Under the pieces are notes generated by a model. That model was not told the DNA's origin, ran no database searches, and worked only from the letters and a program-made list of their open reading frames with translations. From Ardenticatenaceae bacterium (GTDB lineage Bacteria > Chloroflexota > Anaerolineae > Promineifilales > Promineifilaceae): DNA of 64,000 bases. This document shows, piece by piece, positions 10,389 to 20,979 of this stretch. The stretch lies in assembly GCA_020634315.1 (NCBI GenBank), contig JACKBV010000002.1, forward strand, positions 165,286 to 229,285, read 5' to 3'. The position numbers were made by a program, and so were the translations under genes. How positions within the stretch are numbered: position 1 is the stretch's first letter; each line of letters starts with the position of its first letter.

Positions 10389-11405
10389 TCATGAATTAAA
10401 CCCGGCGACAGATGCAGCCCAACCCGCATCATCTTCACCAGGAATAAAGGGCAAATAGTAACTGACGCGATCCAGCAAATTGCCATATTTTGCTTGAATC
10501 TTAGCGGGCAGTTCTGCCCAGGTGCCGCTGACAGCACACGCATCAAGCACATCATCGCCTATTAAATCTGCCATTTGCGTCCATGCCCCAGCACGGGCCA
10601 ACTGCCCTAACTGCCGAGACAAATCACCCCAGCCGTGTAATTCTAGCACGACTTTGTAAGCGGGTGTACTCATATAAAAAGCGAGCTGCTGCCGCACAAA
10701 GGCTTCAACTTCGGCCGCCGGGCGGATGCCATCGGTGGGAATGGCAAAGATGCCGGCCGAAAGGGTGAAATTGGAACGAGAACGGCCGTTTCTCGCCCAC
10801 CCCTTCTCCAATTCCGGCAGCGCAAACTCCTGCAAATACGTCACCGTATGCACCGGATGAATGTGTACACCGTCGCAATGCGTGCCCGCCAGCCGCAGCA
10901 TTTGTTCATTAACGGCCGCAATATAAATAGGAATCTCCGGATAATCGTGTGGGCCAGGATCAAAAAACGGGGTCATCAATTGCAGCTTAAAAAATTCGCC
11001 CACATAATCCAATGGCTTGCCCTGCTGCCAACAATCCCAACAAGCGTGAATGGCCTCAATCGTCTCGCGCATCTTCTTGATCGGCTTCTCCCATTTCACA
11101 CCAAAGCGCAGCACGTTATGGGCTTTTACCTGCGTCCCCAGGCCAAGAATGAAACGCCCCTGGCTGTACTGTGCCAACTGCCAGGCAATGTAGGCGGTGA
11201 GGGTAGGACTGCGCGGAAAGGCCACGGCAACGGCCGTTCCCACATTCATGCGCTTGCTGTGTTCCGCCGCCAACGTCAACCCCAAAAAAGGATCGCCCTG
11301 CGTCTCCGCCAGCCAACAGCCAGCAAAGCCCAACGCTTCTGCCGCCTGCGCATAAGCCGCCATCTGCCCCAAGTCAAAACTCAACAAGGTCACATCAAAT
11401 TCCAT
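10389..11405 (-). CDS. LLM-class (luciferase-like) F420/flavin-dependent oxidoreductase
   Basis: MEFDVTLLSFDLGQMAAYAQAAEALGFAGCWLAETQGDPF ... GRFILGLGTQV is typical of the TIM-barrel LLM family. GGAGG Shine-Dalgarno 7 nt before ATG at 11405. The ORF-track start at 11675 adds about 90 non-homologous aa. Confidence 0.75.
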   Translation of the reverse strand: MEFDVTLLSFDLGQMAAYAQAAEALGFAGCWLAETQGDPFLGLTLAAEHSKRMNVGTAVAVAFPRSPTLTAYIAWQLAQYSQGRFILGLGTQVKAHNVLRFGVKWEKPIKKMRETIEAIHACWDCWQQGKPLDYVGEFFKLQLMTPFFDPGPHDYPEIPIYIAAVNEQMLRLAGTHCDGVHIHPVHTVTYLQEFALPELEKGWARNGRSRSNFTLSAGIFAIPTDGIRPAAEVEAFVRQQLAFYMSTPAYKVVLELHGWGDLSRQLGQLARAGAWTQMADLIGDDVLDACAVSGTWAELPAKIQAKYGNLLDRVSYYLPFIPGEDDAGWAASVAGFNS

Positions 11406-11663
11406 ATCGCCTCCAGTGGGATGGATACAGAGTAAAAGGTGAATCTTCGCTTTTACCCATTGCAATGGCTCGCTCCCCAGCGTAATTATAATGAAATATG
11501 ATCTATCGACCAGAAGCCTTGTACCAATTCGGCACAATCGGTATACTGAGCATGCTTGGGCATCACCCTGAAGTTGCTCAAACAAATAAGACCCTATAGT
11601 CTCCATATCATGGGATTCGGGGCCAACCGAATTCCACCATTCCCTATAGAAAAGGAGAGCCTC

Positions 11664-12089
11664 GTGGACAAACAAACTCTTATTAACAATCTAAATGAAG
11701 ACCTGGCTGGTGAATTAAGCGCCATCATTCAATACATCACCTATGCGGCAAAAGCAACTGGCCCTTACCGGCCACAACTCAGCCAATTTTTCCTGGCAGA
11801 AGTCGCCGACGAACAACTGCATGCCCAATTCCTGGCAAACAAAATCGTCGCCCTGGGTGGCGAACCAACCACCCAGCCACGTTCGGTACAGGTTGCCCAT
11901 ACAAATCGCGAGATGTTGGAAGCCATCCTGGCCGCCGAACGACAAGCGACAAAAGATTACACCCAACGCGCACTCGACGCCGAAGCCTATGGTGACAAAG
12001 GGCTGATGGTGCAATTGGAAGATATGGTGCGCGACGAAAGCGGCCATTCTGAAGAAACAGAGCGCATGCTGCGCGATTGGCCGTTGTAA
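11664..12089 (+). CDS. Ferritin-like / bacterioferritin-like domain protein
   Basis: AAGGAG Shine-Dalgarno then GTG 11664. Ferritin-like four-helix signature: LAGELSAIIQYITYA ... EQLHAQFLANKIV ... ERQATKDYTQR ... DESGHSEE. Confidence 0.55.
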   Translation: MDKQTLINNLNEDLAGELSAIIQYITYAAKATGPYRPQLSQFFLAEVADEQLHAQFLANKIVALGGEPTTQPRSVQVAHTNREMLEAILAAERQATKDYTQRALDAEAYGDKGLMVQLEDMVRDESGHSEETERMLRDWPL

Positions 12090-12111
12090 CAACAACCGCT
12101 AACCTGTAAGT

Positions 12112-12147
12112 AAAAAAGAGAGCCGTCCGTGTACGGCTCTCTTTTTC
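12112..12147 (+). terminator. Rho-independent terminator
   Basis: AGAGAGCCGT-CCGTGT-ACGGCTCTCT stem followed by TTTTTC; A-run upstream. Confidence 0.65.
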
Positions 12148-12160
12148 ATTAACGGCCGTT

Positions 12161-12652
12161 ATGAACGACCCCCTCCACAGCACACTGCCCATCAAACAAT
12201 TCCTGCTTATCGAAACCTGCCCGACAGCATGGCGACCGTTAGATTTGTACTTGTTTCGCGATGAAGCGGTTGTTTTTTATGTGGGGCAATCACATCTGGC
12301 TTTTGACCGTGTCTGGGAACATATTCGCTATGGGTTCAAAGGGCGCTCAACGGTTGGCCGTTTCATTTTGTGCAACTGGCCGACTTCGATGAAGTTTACA
12401 GTTGAACTGCTCAGTTCGCGTGCTGACCAGTTTGCCTCTGTGGCGCATGACCTGGATGCGGCCGAACGCCAGCTCATCACACAGTATGCCCCTTGCTTCA
12501 ACGATGTTTGGAATGAGCAGCCAACCCCATTGCCGGAGAAGTATGTACCGGAAACGGCCGTTCCCCGCTGCTCCCGTAACCTCAAAAAGCTGATCCGCGA
12601 AGCCGAATACGCCTGCAAAATGGATGCACGCCGGGCGTGGCTCTCATCTTAA
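12161..12652 (+). CDS. Small GIY-YIG nuclease-superfamily protein
   Basis: LYLF ... FYVGQS ... DRVWEH ... ELLS ... QYAPCFN matches the GIY / YIG / Arg / Glu / Asn order of GIY-YIG domains. Confidence 0.5.
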   Translation: MNDPLHSTLPIKQFLLIETCPTAWRPLDLYLFRDEAVVFYVGQSHLAFDRVWEHIRYGFKGRSTVGRFILCNWPTSMKFTVELLSSRADQFASVAHDLDAAERQLITQYAPCFNDVWNEQPTPLPEKYVPETAVPRCSRNLKKLIREAEYACKMDARRAWLSS

Positions 12653-13429
12653 ACGCGCCGTATCCAATTCCGCCAGAAAAATCTTAATTGCGTTGATAAA
12701 TTGATCAGGATCGGGGTCCCACAAAGCATGATCCGAAAAGGGGAAAGTCAGCACACGAGCACGCGGCAGCAGTTGTTGATAACGAGCCGCGTCTGCCTCA
12801 TCCAATTTAGCGCCTGGCTGCCCGCCGCGCAGCACCAATACCGGGCACGTTATCGCCGGTAACTGCTCCCACAACGGGGTTTCCGCCGACTCTTGTTGTA
12901 TCGCTTCCATAATGGGGCGATCATTGAGGCGTCCCAACATGAACACGGCGCTGTCTACCCATTCCGGCGGCAGCTGCGGATAAACAGCCGGGTAATCACC
13001 CAAAATCAGCCCGCCCAACCGATGAGCATGCTGTGCGGCATAGGCGATGGCAATGGGCACAGCCATCGAGTAAGCCATCAGACACGGCCGTTCCACCTCG
13101 CTTGCCGCCAACACCGCCTCTAAATCGGCCGTGAAATCTTGCAAACGATAGCCAGCGTCCGGGGCATCGCTGACCCCCTGCCCGCGCAGGCTCATTGCCA
13201 GACACAGACGCGGCGCAAACGCAGGCATATCCGCCATGTAATCTTCAGCCGCGCCCAACCCGCCCGGCACAAAAACCAACGGCGTTCGCGCCACATCTTC
13301 GGCGCCACTCACCAGATAATGTAGGCGCACACCATCTTGGGCAGCCCATTTTTCAGTAACAGGGAACATAACGGCCGTTAAAATACAAACACAGCCAACA
13401 AGGCCAAAACAAAACCAGAAACACCACAC
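12644..13429 (-). CDS. Alpha/beta-fold hydrolase
   Basis: HGxP-like VFVPGGLGAAEDY. Nucleophile elbow AYSMA (GxSxG variant). Catalytic acid/His region toward the C-terminus. True start possibly ATG 13369. Confidence 0.65.
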   Translation of the reverse strand: MWCFWFCFGLVGCVCILTAVMFPVTEKWAAQDGVRLHYLVSGAEDVARTPLVFVPGGLGAAEDYMADMPAFAPRLCLAMSLRGQGVSDAPDAGYRLQDFTADLEAVLAASEVERPCLMAYSMAVPIAIAYAAQHAHRLGGLILGDYPAVYPQLPPEWVDSAVFMLGRLNDRPIMEAIQQESAETPLWEQLPAITCPVLVLRGGQPGAKLDEADAARYQQLLPRARVLTFPFSDHALWDPDPDQFINAIKIFLAELDTARLR

Positions 13430-13575
13430 GCCGCCATCACGCCAATGCCAATAGCCAGCGGAATAATATAGTTCACTGAGTTATCTTGTTCTTCCATTCA
13501 TTGCCTCACTGCAAATAAGTTTGATTAATTCTAACGTAAGTAAAGGGATGGGGCGACCCGCGTTTCCCCGTTCCG

Positions 13576-14238
13576 TTACGCCTCGTGCGCAGCCAGTCCG
13601 TCATGGTAAACCCGCCAGCTGTCATCCAGCTGGCTGCTAAACCAGAGTTCGACATACTTCAAACGTGGCTCCGTCGCCTGCCCATCGCCGGTAATCGTTG
13701 CGTAACTATAATGAATCAGGTGCAGCCCGACATCGTCCCGCCACGAGCGAATTTGCTCGTACAACTGACGCGCATCACCCAGGTTGGTTCCGCGTGGCGC
13801 AATACATACTAACGTGCCCTGATAGTGCAAATCGGCCAGCAGCAGCCTGGCAAACGGCGCAAATCCCGGTGTCACCGCATGAAAGTCAAGCAGGGTATGC
13901 CCATCACAATCCACCGACAGGGGCGGGCCAAAAAAGAGAATGTCACAGGCGAGAAACGGCCGTATCGCCTCCCCATCGAGCGCATCTCCTTGCACACACG
14001 GAATGCCACGCGCACGGTTAGCGGCGACAATAGCCGGGTGAATATCCAGCCCGGTGTACTGCACGCCGGGCAAAACCTGGCGGTACTGCTGCCACTGGGC
14101 AGCACAATCGCCACAACAAATCTCGCCAATGGCGTGCGTTTGCGGCAGCAGCTCACGCAGCAAGCGCCCGCGCTGCGCAACGGTCTGCACGTTTGTCCTG
14201 GCAAAGGTTTGTCGCTCAGTATCTGGAAGTTGGTACAT
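13576..14238 (-). CDS. Putative SAM-dependent methyltransferase (amino-methyltransferase-like, with a divergent motif IV FGPP)
   Basis: Motif I-like IGEICCGDC. Acidic loop GLDIHP. VQGDALD. DILFFGPPL resembles (D/N)PP(Y/F). Confidence 0.45.
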   Translation of the reverse strand: MYQLPDTERQTFARTNVQTVAQRGRLLRELLPQTHAIGEICCGDCAAQWQQYRQVLPGVQYTGLDIHPAIVAANRARGIPCVQGDALDGEAIRPFLACDILFFGPPLSVDCDGHTLLDFHAVTPGFAPFARLLLADLHYQGTLVCIAPRGTNLGDARQLYEQIRSWRDDVGLHLIHYSYATITGDGQATEPRLKYVELWFSSQLDDSWRVYHDGLAAHEA

Positions 14239-14240
14239 GG

Positions 14241-14717
14241 TTAACGGCCGTTGCGCACATCCAGGCGCACCCTCTTTTCACGCTGCTTGCCCATGAGCAG
14301 CTGCCGATGACGTTGTTCATCGTCCGGCGTCATCTTGCCCGGCAGCGGCATTTGCGCAAATCGCCCCAGCAGCAAATCATCAATCAAATAAGCCAACAAC
14401 GACACATTGTACGCATCGTCGGCCATTTTATACTGCGCCGGATCAGCATTCACCAACAGCTGTTCCGTGCGATATGTCTCGCCATCGGGCAGCAGTTGCA
14501 GTTGAAAAATGCACGTTCCCGTCCAACTGCGATGCACATGCAGCCATTCCCCATCAAAATAGACAAACCATTTATCCTGCTGTTCACGCGGGATAAAGCC
14601 CAAGGCGATTTGTGCCATTTCTGGCGCTGTGTAACGGCCGTCTAGTTCTAACGCTCGCCGCGCCGCTGGCATGGGTTTAATCTGCCACGAAGCGGCCGTG
14701 GCTTGTTTTTTATCCAT
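14241..14717 (-). CDS. Hypothetical protein
   Basis: Clean 158-aa ORF abutting the methyltransferase gene; no recognisable motif. Confidence 0.4.
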   Translation of the reverse strand: MDKKQATAASWQIKPMPAARRALELDGRYTAPEMAQIALGFIPREQQDKWFVYFDGEWLHVHRSWTGTCIFQLQLLPDGETYRTEQLLVNADPAQYKMADDAYNVSLLAYLIDDLLLGRFAQMPLPGKMTPDDEQRHRQLLMGKQREKRVRLDVRNGR

Positions 14718-14890
14718 AAAAATTCTATTCCTTTCCCCACGACACCCACCGATTATAACAAACCCGCGTAGACAACGTCAGTTTATCGTCGTATTCCTGC
14801 ATTCCATACGTGCAGCAATGCCTGCGTGCCAGCCCTTACAATGTCATCATCACGTATTGGATATGATGTCTCGCACAATTGGAGGTCCAC

Positions 14891-17800
14891 ATGAAGCGCA
14901 ACCATTTTCTGAACCTGATTTTACTCATCTTGCTCACAGTGACACTCATCGGCTGCCAGGAAAACGAGGGAACGGCCGTTTCCGCCGACCGCCCCAGCCC
15001 CGAACCCATCATCCAGGCAACCAGCACAACCGCGGCAACGGCCGTTCCCACAGCCACACCGCTGCCCACCACCCTCCAGGCCGACCTTGACGCCACCTAC
15101 GACATGGAAGACTTTCCTCCTGATGCCTCTTTGGTCGTCCATTTTAATCAACCCATGCGCACCAGCCACCGCAATCCACTCATTTTTACACCAACCGTCG
15201 ATGGCAGCTTTTCCTGGGATGATACGGCCACAATCCTCACGTTTACGCCAGAGAGCAGCTTCACTCCTGGTCGCAGTTATCTGGTCAACATCCCCAGCAA
15301 CCTAAAAAGCGACAGCGGCCTCACCTTTGCCAGCCTGCAACGCTGGCGGCTGCAAATGCAAACAAGACCAGAAATCACGCTGCACACCCCGGCGGCCACC
15401 GCCATTGCCGATATGCAGCCCGTTATCTACCTCAACTTCAATCGCCCCATGGACATGACCAGCGTTTACGAGGCTCTCAGCATCACCCCGCCGCTGGCTC
15501 ATACGCTCGTCTGGGAAGATGACACCCACGTACGCCTGCTTTTGGATGAACCGCTTGCCTTCGACACCACCTACGAATTTGCAGTGGCAGAAACGGCCGT
15601 TGACGAGCAGGAATTTCATCTTGCCACACCCTACCAATGGACCTACACGCTTAAACCAACCTTAAGTCATTTTACGGCCCCAACAACGGCCGATCACCTG
15701 GCGCCCATCAACATGTACTTTAACTATCCCGTTGCGCCCGCCAGTTTGCAAGACTCCATGCACATCACGCCAGCCATTAATGGCGACTTCGCCTGGAATG
15801 AGGATGGCACCGTGGCTACCTTCACGCCAGCCAGCCAACTACCAGCCAGCACAGAATACACCCTTTCCTTTGAGACCCCGCTGCGCACGCCTGCCGGATT
15901 GGAGCTGCCCACGCCAGAAACGGCCGTTTTCACCACCCCACCCTCAATTCTCGGCCACACCCCCAATGGCAACGCCATCCACCCGGTCACCAACCTCACC
16001 ATCACCTTCGACCGGCTCATGGATGCCGCCAGCGTCGTCGATGCCTTCACCATTACCCCAACCATTTCCGGCAGCTTCTCGTGGGAGGAAACAGAGGTCA
16101 CGTTCCGTCCAGACAATGGCTACTTTGACGAAGATACACATTACACAATCACCCTGGCCGACACAGCCACAACCAGCAGCGGCGAACGCATATTATCCCA
16201 ACCCTATATCTGGGACTTCCGCACCAAAGAGTTGGAAACACTCGCCATCTTTGGCTATGGTCCAAACGCACAAATTCTCGATGCCAACGGCCGCCGCGCT
16301 GTGCAATTTGAATCTTTCGTTGCGGCGCAAGTCAACCTGCAATTTGAGCTATACAGCCTGACTCTCCCCCAATTTCTCGACAGCTATGCCACTGGCTATC
16401 GCGACTGGTCTGGCTGGGGAGAGCGCGGTGAATCTCGCCTCAACACAGAAGGCACAACGCTACGCGCCCGTTGGCAAATGGAAACGGCCGTTTCCATCCA
16501 AGAGTGGGGCAACGTCCAGGAAGTAATCATCCCGGATGACGTGCCCCCCGGTCTCTACATCCTCAACCTCGTCGCCCCCCAAATTAACGATCAGATTTTC
16601 CTCGTCATCAGCAGCAACACCCTCACCATTAAGCAAGCCAATGAACAACTGCTAACCTGGGTCACAGACATCAATGGGCAAAGCGTGGCCGACATTCCCG
16701 TGCGCGTCTACGCCCACGATGGTTCCCTTCTTGCCGAGGGACGCACCAACGCCGACGGCCTTGTCCACACACAACTGCCTGCCAATGAAGAAGGGGAATC
16801 TGCGGCCGGCGACCCCTTACTCGTTGTTGCCCAAAATGGCAGCGACATCACCATCAGCGGCCTCACCGGCAGTTGGGGATGGTACAACGGCAGTTCATCC
16901 CAAAGCAGCGCCGCCTACATCATCACCGACCGCCCCATTTACAAGCCAGGGCAAACCGTTTACTTCAAGGCCACTGTGCGCCAGGATGACGATGCGCTGT
17001 TGACGCTGCTGCCTGCGGATACGGCCGTTACCGCCCGCATTCGTGACTCCCGCAACAACGTCGTGCAAACCATCGAGCTAACCACCAACGACTTCGGCAG
17101 CGTCAACGACGCCTTCACCATCGCCGAAGGCGCAATGCTGGGCACATACTACGTCGAAATCGAAGCCAATGGCGCAATCCATCGCCAGCCCTTTAAGGTT
17201 GAAGAGTATCGCAAACCGGATTATGAAGTCACCGTCAGCACCAATGTCGAGCGCGTTGTGCAGGGCACACCGATCACCGTCACGGTGGACACGCGCTATT
17301 TCTTTGGCGAGCCGCTTGTCCATACCCGTGTGACCATTCACAGCTACAATCTGAGCGAAAATTGGTACGGCGATCCCGACACCTACACCTGGTTTGACAG
17401 TGGTTTGTCGGACATCAATGGCTATACAGATGAAAACGGCCGTTTCACGGCCACCATCCGCACCAACCAAATCGACGACTATTGGTTCACCAACGAAGAT
17501 TGGAGCGGCAGCCTCAGCCGCGCCACCTGGGGCATCGAAGCGACGGTAGATGATGGCAGCCGCCAGACAGTCAGCGGCTTTGCCGTGGTGCATGTTTACG
17601 ATGCCGCTGCCCGCCTCACCCTCAGCCACAACGGTTACATCCAGACACCCGGCCAATCGTTCACCATCCGCGCCCAGGCCAGCACCATTTTCGACGAACC
17701 GCTTGCCAACCACAACCTGACGCTCTCGCTGCGCCGTTGGGACAGCGGCAGCTACGATTACACGACGGTGCTCGATAGTGTGCCCATGACCACCGATGAA

Positions 17801-20653
17801 AACGGCCGTGCCAGCCTTGACTACACCATCGCCGAATCCGGCTACTACCAACTGCGCGTAGAAGGCAAAGACAGCAGCGGTCACGATATTCGCTACAACA
17901 GTTGGATTTATGCCTTCGACAATTTTTATGGCTTCTGGTATGGCAGCAACAATGGCAACCTCACCATCACACCTGACCAGACCAGCTATGCACCGGGTGA
18001 TGTGGCCCAGTTGATTGTGGAAACGGCCGTTAGCGGCCCCGCCCTCCTCGTCGTCGAACGAGGCACCATTCATCGTGAACAACTGGTCAACCTGACTGCC
18101 CCCGTCACCATGCTCGACTTGCCCATCCAGGCAGACGACGTGCCCAACATTCACGTCTCCATCAACGTCTGGGAAGAGCAAGACACGACCATCACCAACA
18201 ACACCTACAGCAGCCAACCCGACAGCAATCTCCTCACCGCGTATGCCCGGCTGAGCGTCCCCGCGACCGACAAACAGCTTACCGTCACCCTTACTCCCGA
18301 CCATGATGTCTACGCGCCGCGCGACGAAGCCACCTTCACCGTGCGCGTCACCAACTGGAAAGGAGAACCCGTCTCCGCCGAAGTATCGCTGGCCCTGGTG
18401 GATGAAGCCATCTTCGCCCTCAGTGAAGAATTGTCCGGCGCTATTTACGACGCTTTTTACTTTAAGCGGAGCAATGACGTGGCTACCTTCAACAGCCTTG
18501 ATCCGATGCGCTACCTGGGTGGCGGCGGCGGTGGCGGCGGTGGCGGTGACGGCTTTGATATAGATGGTCCGCGCCAGGATTTCCCGGATACGGCCGCCTG
18601 GTTCCCCACCCTTACCACCGATTTCAACGGCGAAGCAATCGTCACAGTCACGTTGCCAGACAGCCTGACCAGTTGGCGGCTGACAGCCAAAGCCGCCACG
18701 GCAGATACGCAAGTTGGGCAGGCGACGGCAAACATCACCACCAGCCAGGCGATCATCGTGCGCCCCATCTTGCCGCGCGTCCTGACGGCAGGCGATACGG
18801 CCGTTATCTCCGCCATCGTCCACAATTACACCGACACGCCACAAGAGCTAATGGTCACTTTCGCCATGCACAACGCGGCGATCACCATTCACAATTCCCC
18901 AACGCAAACCATCACCCTGCCGCCAAATGCTTCACAAATTCTCGGCTGGTATGTCACGGCCGAAGCCGCAGGAGAGGCGCTGGTCTTGGTAACGGCCGTT
19001 CCCAGCAGCAATGACCTGCGCGGCGACGCCATCCAACTCCCCCTCACCGTGCAGCCTCTCGCCGTGCCCGATGTGGAAACACAAATCGGGCAGTTCAGCG
19101 GCCAATTCGCCACCACCGTCACCATCCCCGCCGACGCCCTCCCCCTCAGCACAGTAGAGATTCAACTGACGCGCTCCATCGCCGGCTCACTGCTGCAAGG
19201 GCTGGAATATCTCACCGGCTACCCATACGGCTGCGTCGAACAAACAATGAGCAAAGCGCTGCCCAACGCCGTCGTGGGGCGTGCCCTCTTCCAACTCGGC
19301 GTCAGCAACCCCGCTTTGCAAGCAGAACTGCCTGCGCAAATCAGCGCCAGCGTGCAGCGCCTTTACGGCTTCCAACACGATGACGGCGGCTGGGGCTGGT
19401 GGTTTGACGACGCCACGCACGATTACCAAACAGCCTGGGTGATCTTTGGGCTGGCACAGGTTGCCGAAGCGGGTTACGAGGTGGACACAAATGTGATACA
19501 ACGCGGCGCGGATTGGCTTAACGAAAACTTGAGCTTGATGGATGCCCGCACGCGTGCCTTTGCCCTTTATGCCCTGGCAACTGCCGGGCAGCCCAATCTG
19601 GCCGCCACCCGCGAGCTAGCCACCGACCTGGACGCACTCGCTGGCGATACGTTTAGCATTGCCGGGCTGGCCCTGGCTTTGCACATCGCAGGCGACACCG
19701 TGCAGGCGCAAGAATTGATTGAGCTGCTGGCGGAAACGGCCGTTACCGACAACGGCTTCACCTACTGGACTGGCGCCAACCATGATGGCTACTACGCAGA
19801 CAAAACGATGGCCTCCGACGTGCGCAGCACCGCCCTCGCCCTCAGCGCCTTTACACGCATCGCTCCCGGCCGCGAATTAGAATCGGGCATCGTGCGCTGG
19901 CTGATGGCGCAGCGCAAAGCACAAGGCTGGGGCACAACCAACGAAACATCCTTTGCCATCATCAGCCTCACCGACCATTTGCTGGCGACAAGCTTCAACG
20001 AAACAGCCGCCACGCCTTACACCATCACGCTCAACGGCAGCGTCGTCGCCGAGGGAACTCTGGGGCGCGGCGAGCCAGCCATATCGCTGCAATTGACAAC
20101 AGAGCAGTTAAACAGTGGCACGAATGAGTTGGCGATCACCGGTGGGGGAAACGGCCGTCTCTACTACACCATCAACAGCCGCATCTACCTGGCACAACAA
20201 AGCATCGAAGCCGCCGGTTCCATCACCATCAGCCGTACCTACTTTGACGGCGACAGCGGCAAACCATTGGAAACCATCACCGCCGGACAACTGGTGAAAG
20301 TCCAACTCACAGTAGACCTGCCCCAAGATGGCAGCTACATCATCGTTGAAGACAAGCTCCCCGGCGGGCTGGAAGCACTCAACGAAAGCCTGAACACCAC
20401 CAGTCACGAAGGGAGCTACTACGGCGCCTGGACTTCACAATGGTTTGAGTTTGGCTACAACTATAAAGAAGTGCGCGACGACCGCGTCAGTTTCTTCATT
20501 ACCGAAATGCACAACGGGCGCAGCACCTTCACCTACTACGCCCGCGCCACCCACACCGGCACATTCACCGCCATGCCCACCGAAGTGTACGCCATGTACA
20601 ATCTGGCGCTGTGGGGCCGCTCTGCCAGCAGCACGGTGACAATCGCTGAATAG
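14891..20653 (+). CDS. Bacterial alpha-2-macroglobulin family lipoprotein (YfhM-like) with a thioester motif
   Basis: GGAGG Shine-Dalgarno then ATG 14891. Lipobox LTVTLIGC. N-terminal Ig-like repeats. Thioester GCVEQ (CxEQ) in GYPYGCVEQTMSKALPN. About 1920 aa. Internal Gly9 tract at 18517-18545. Confidence 0.85.
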   Translation: MKRNHFLNLILLILLTVTLIGCQENEGTAVSADRPSPEPIIQATSTTAATAVPTATPLPTTLQADLDATYDMEDFPPDASLVVHFNQPMRTSHRNPLIFTPTVDGSFSWDDTATILTFTPESSFTPGRSYLVNIPSNLKSDSGLTFASLQRWRLQMQTRPEITLHTPAATAIADMQPVIYLNFNRPMDMTSVYEALSITPPLAHTLVWEDDTHVRLLLDEPLAFDTTYEFAVAETAVDEQEFHLATPYQWTYTLKPTLSHFTAPTTADHLAPINMYFNYPVAPASLQDSMHITPAINGDFAWNEDGTVATFTPASQLPASTEYTLSFETPLRTPAGLELPTPETAVFTTPPSILGHTPNGNAIHPVTNLTITFDRLMDAASVVDAFTITPTISGSFSWEETEVTFRPDNGYFDEDTHYTITLADTATTSSGERILSQPYIWDFRTKELETLAIFGYGPNAQILDANGRRAVQFESFVAAQVNLQFELYSLTLPQFLDSYATGYRDWSGWGERGESRLNTEGTTLRARWQMETAVSIQEWGNVQEVIIPDDVPPGLYILNLVAPQINDQIFLVISSNTLTIKQANEQLLTWVTDINGQSVADIPVRVYAHDGSLLAEGRTNADGLVHTQLPANEEGESAAGDPLLVVAQNGSDITISGLTGSWGWYNGSSSQSSAAYIITDRPIYKPGQTVYFKATVRQDDDALLTLLPADTAVTARIRDSRNNVVQTIELTTNDFGSVNDAFTIAEGAMLGTYYVEIEANGAIHRQPFKVEEYRKPDYEVTVSTNVERVVQGTPITVTVDTRYFFGEPLVHTRVTIHSYNLSENWYGDPDTYTWFDSGLSDINGYTDENGRFTATIRTNQIDDYWFTNEDWSGSLSRATWGIEATVDDGSRQTVSGFAVVHVYDAAARLTLSHNGYIQTPGQSFTIRAQASTIFDEPLANHNLTLSLRRWDSGSYDYTTVLDSVPMTTDENGRASLDYTIAESGYYQLRVEGKDSSGHDIRYNSWIYAFDNFYGFWYGSNNGNLTITPDQTSYAPGDVAQLIVETAVSGPALLVVERGTIHREQLVNLTAPVTMLDLPIQADDVPNIHVSINVWEEQDTTITNNTYSSQPDSNLLTAYARLSVPATDKQLTVTLTPDHDVYAPRDEATFTVRVTNWKGEPVSAEVSLALVDEAIFALSEELSGAIYDAFYFKRSNDVATFNSLDPMRYLGGGGGGGGGGDGFDIDGPRQDFPDTAAWFPTLTTDFNGEAIVTVTLPDSLTSWRLTAKAATADTQVGQATANITTSQAIIVRPILPRVLTAGDTAVISAIVHNYTDTPQELMVTFAMHNAAITIHNSPTQTITLPPNASQILGWYVTAEAAGEALVLVTAVPSSNDLRGDAIQLPLTVQPLAVPDVETQIGQFSGQFATTVTIPADALPLSTVEIQLTRSIAGSLLQGLEYLTGYPYGCVEQTMSKALPNAVVGRALFQLGVSNPALQAELPAQISASVQRLYGFQHDDGGWGWWFDDATHDYQTAWVIFGLAQVAEAGYEVDTNVIQRGADWLNENLSLMDARTRAFALYALATAGQPNLAATRELATDLDALAGDTFSIAGLALALHIAGDTVQAQELIELLAETAVTDNGFTYWTGANHDGYYADKTMASDVRSTALALSAFTRIAPGRELESGIVRWLMAQRKAQGWGTTNETSFAIISLTDHLLATSFNETAATPYTITLNGSVVAEGTLGRGEPAISLQLTTEQLNSGTNELAITGGGNGRLYYTINSRIYLAQQSIEAAGSITISRTYFDGDSGKPLETITAGQLVKVQLTVDLPQDGSYIIVEDKLPGGLEALNESLNTTSHEGSYYGAWTSQWFEFGYNYKEVRDDRVSFFITEMHNGRSTFTYYARATHTGTFTAMPTEVYAMYNLALWGRSASSTVTIAE

Positions 20654-20673
20654 GGTTTACGGAAATCGACGAA

Positions 20674-20710
20674 AAGAGGTTGGCTAAATGCCAACCTCTT
20701 TTCGCTTTTT
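20674..20710 (+). terminator. Rho-independent terminator of the A2M gene
   Basis: AAGAGGTTGGC-TAAAT-GCCAACCTCTT followed by TTCGCTTTTT. Confidence 0.65.
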
Positions 20711-20904
20711 ATGGGGCAGGTGTCGCCCAATGCGTTACCTCCAATGAGACGGTACGCCGCTGTTCGCTGTGCGGCCAACCACAGACGGACTGGGCTGGTA
20801 ACGGCCGTTCACGCACCTTCACTCTTACGTACAAAAAGGGAGGAAACGGCCGTAACTCTGCACCACAGATTAAGAGCAGCCTATGAAAAATCGTATTTAC
20901 TGAA

Positions 20905-20938
20905 CAGAAAAAAGCCTCTCATTGATGAAATGAGAGGC
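20905..20938 (-). terminator. Rho-independent terminator of the minus-strand oxoamine synthase gene
   Basis: AGCCTCTCATT-GATGA-AATGAGAGGCT, with an A6 run on the plus strand giving a U-run after the hairpin on the minus strand. Confidence 0.6.
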
Positions 20939-20979
20939 TTCCACGCACAAAATATGGCTTACAAGTCGCGAATGCCGGT

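Noticed and set aside
11406-11675. N-terminal 90-aa extension of the LLM oxidoreductase ORF (ORF-track start 11675)
   Set aside because: Homology begins at MEFDV (ATG 11405), which has a GGAGG Shine-Dalgarno. The extension has no family signal.
17078-18844. 588-aa ORF antisense to the A2M gene (and other long minus-strand ORFs at 15724-16116, 18511-18825)
   Set aside because: Gly/Ala/Val-rich translation with no motifs, entirely inside a well-supported 5.8-kb gene. Typical high-GC shadow ORFs.
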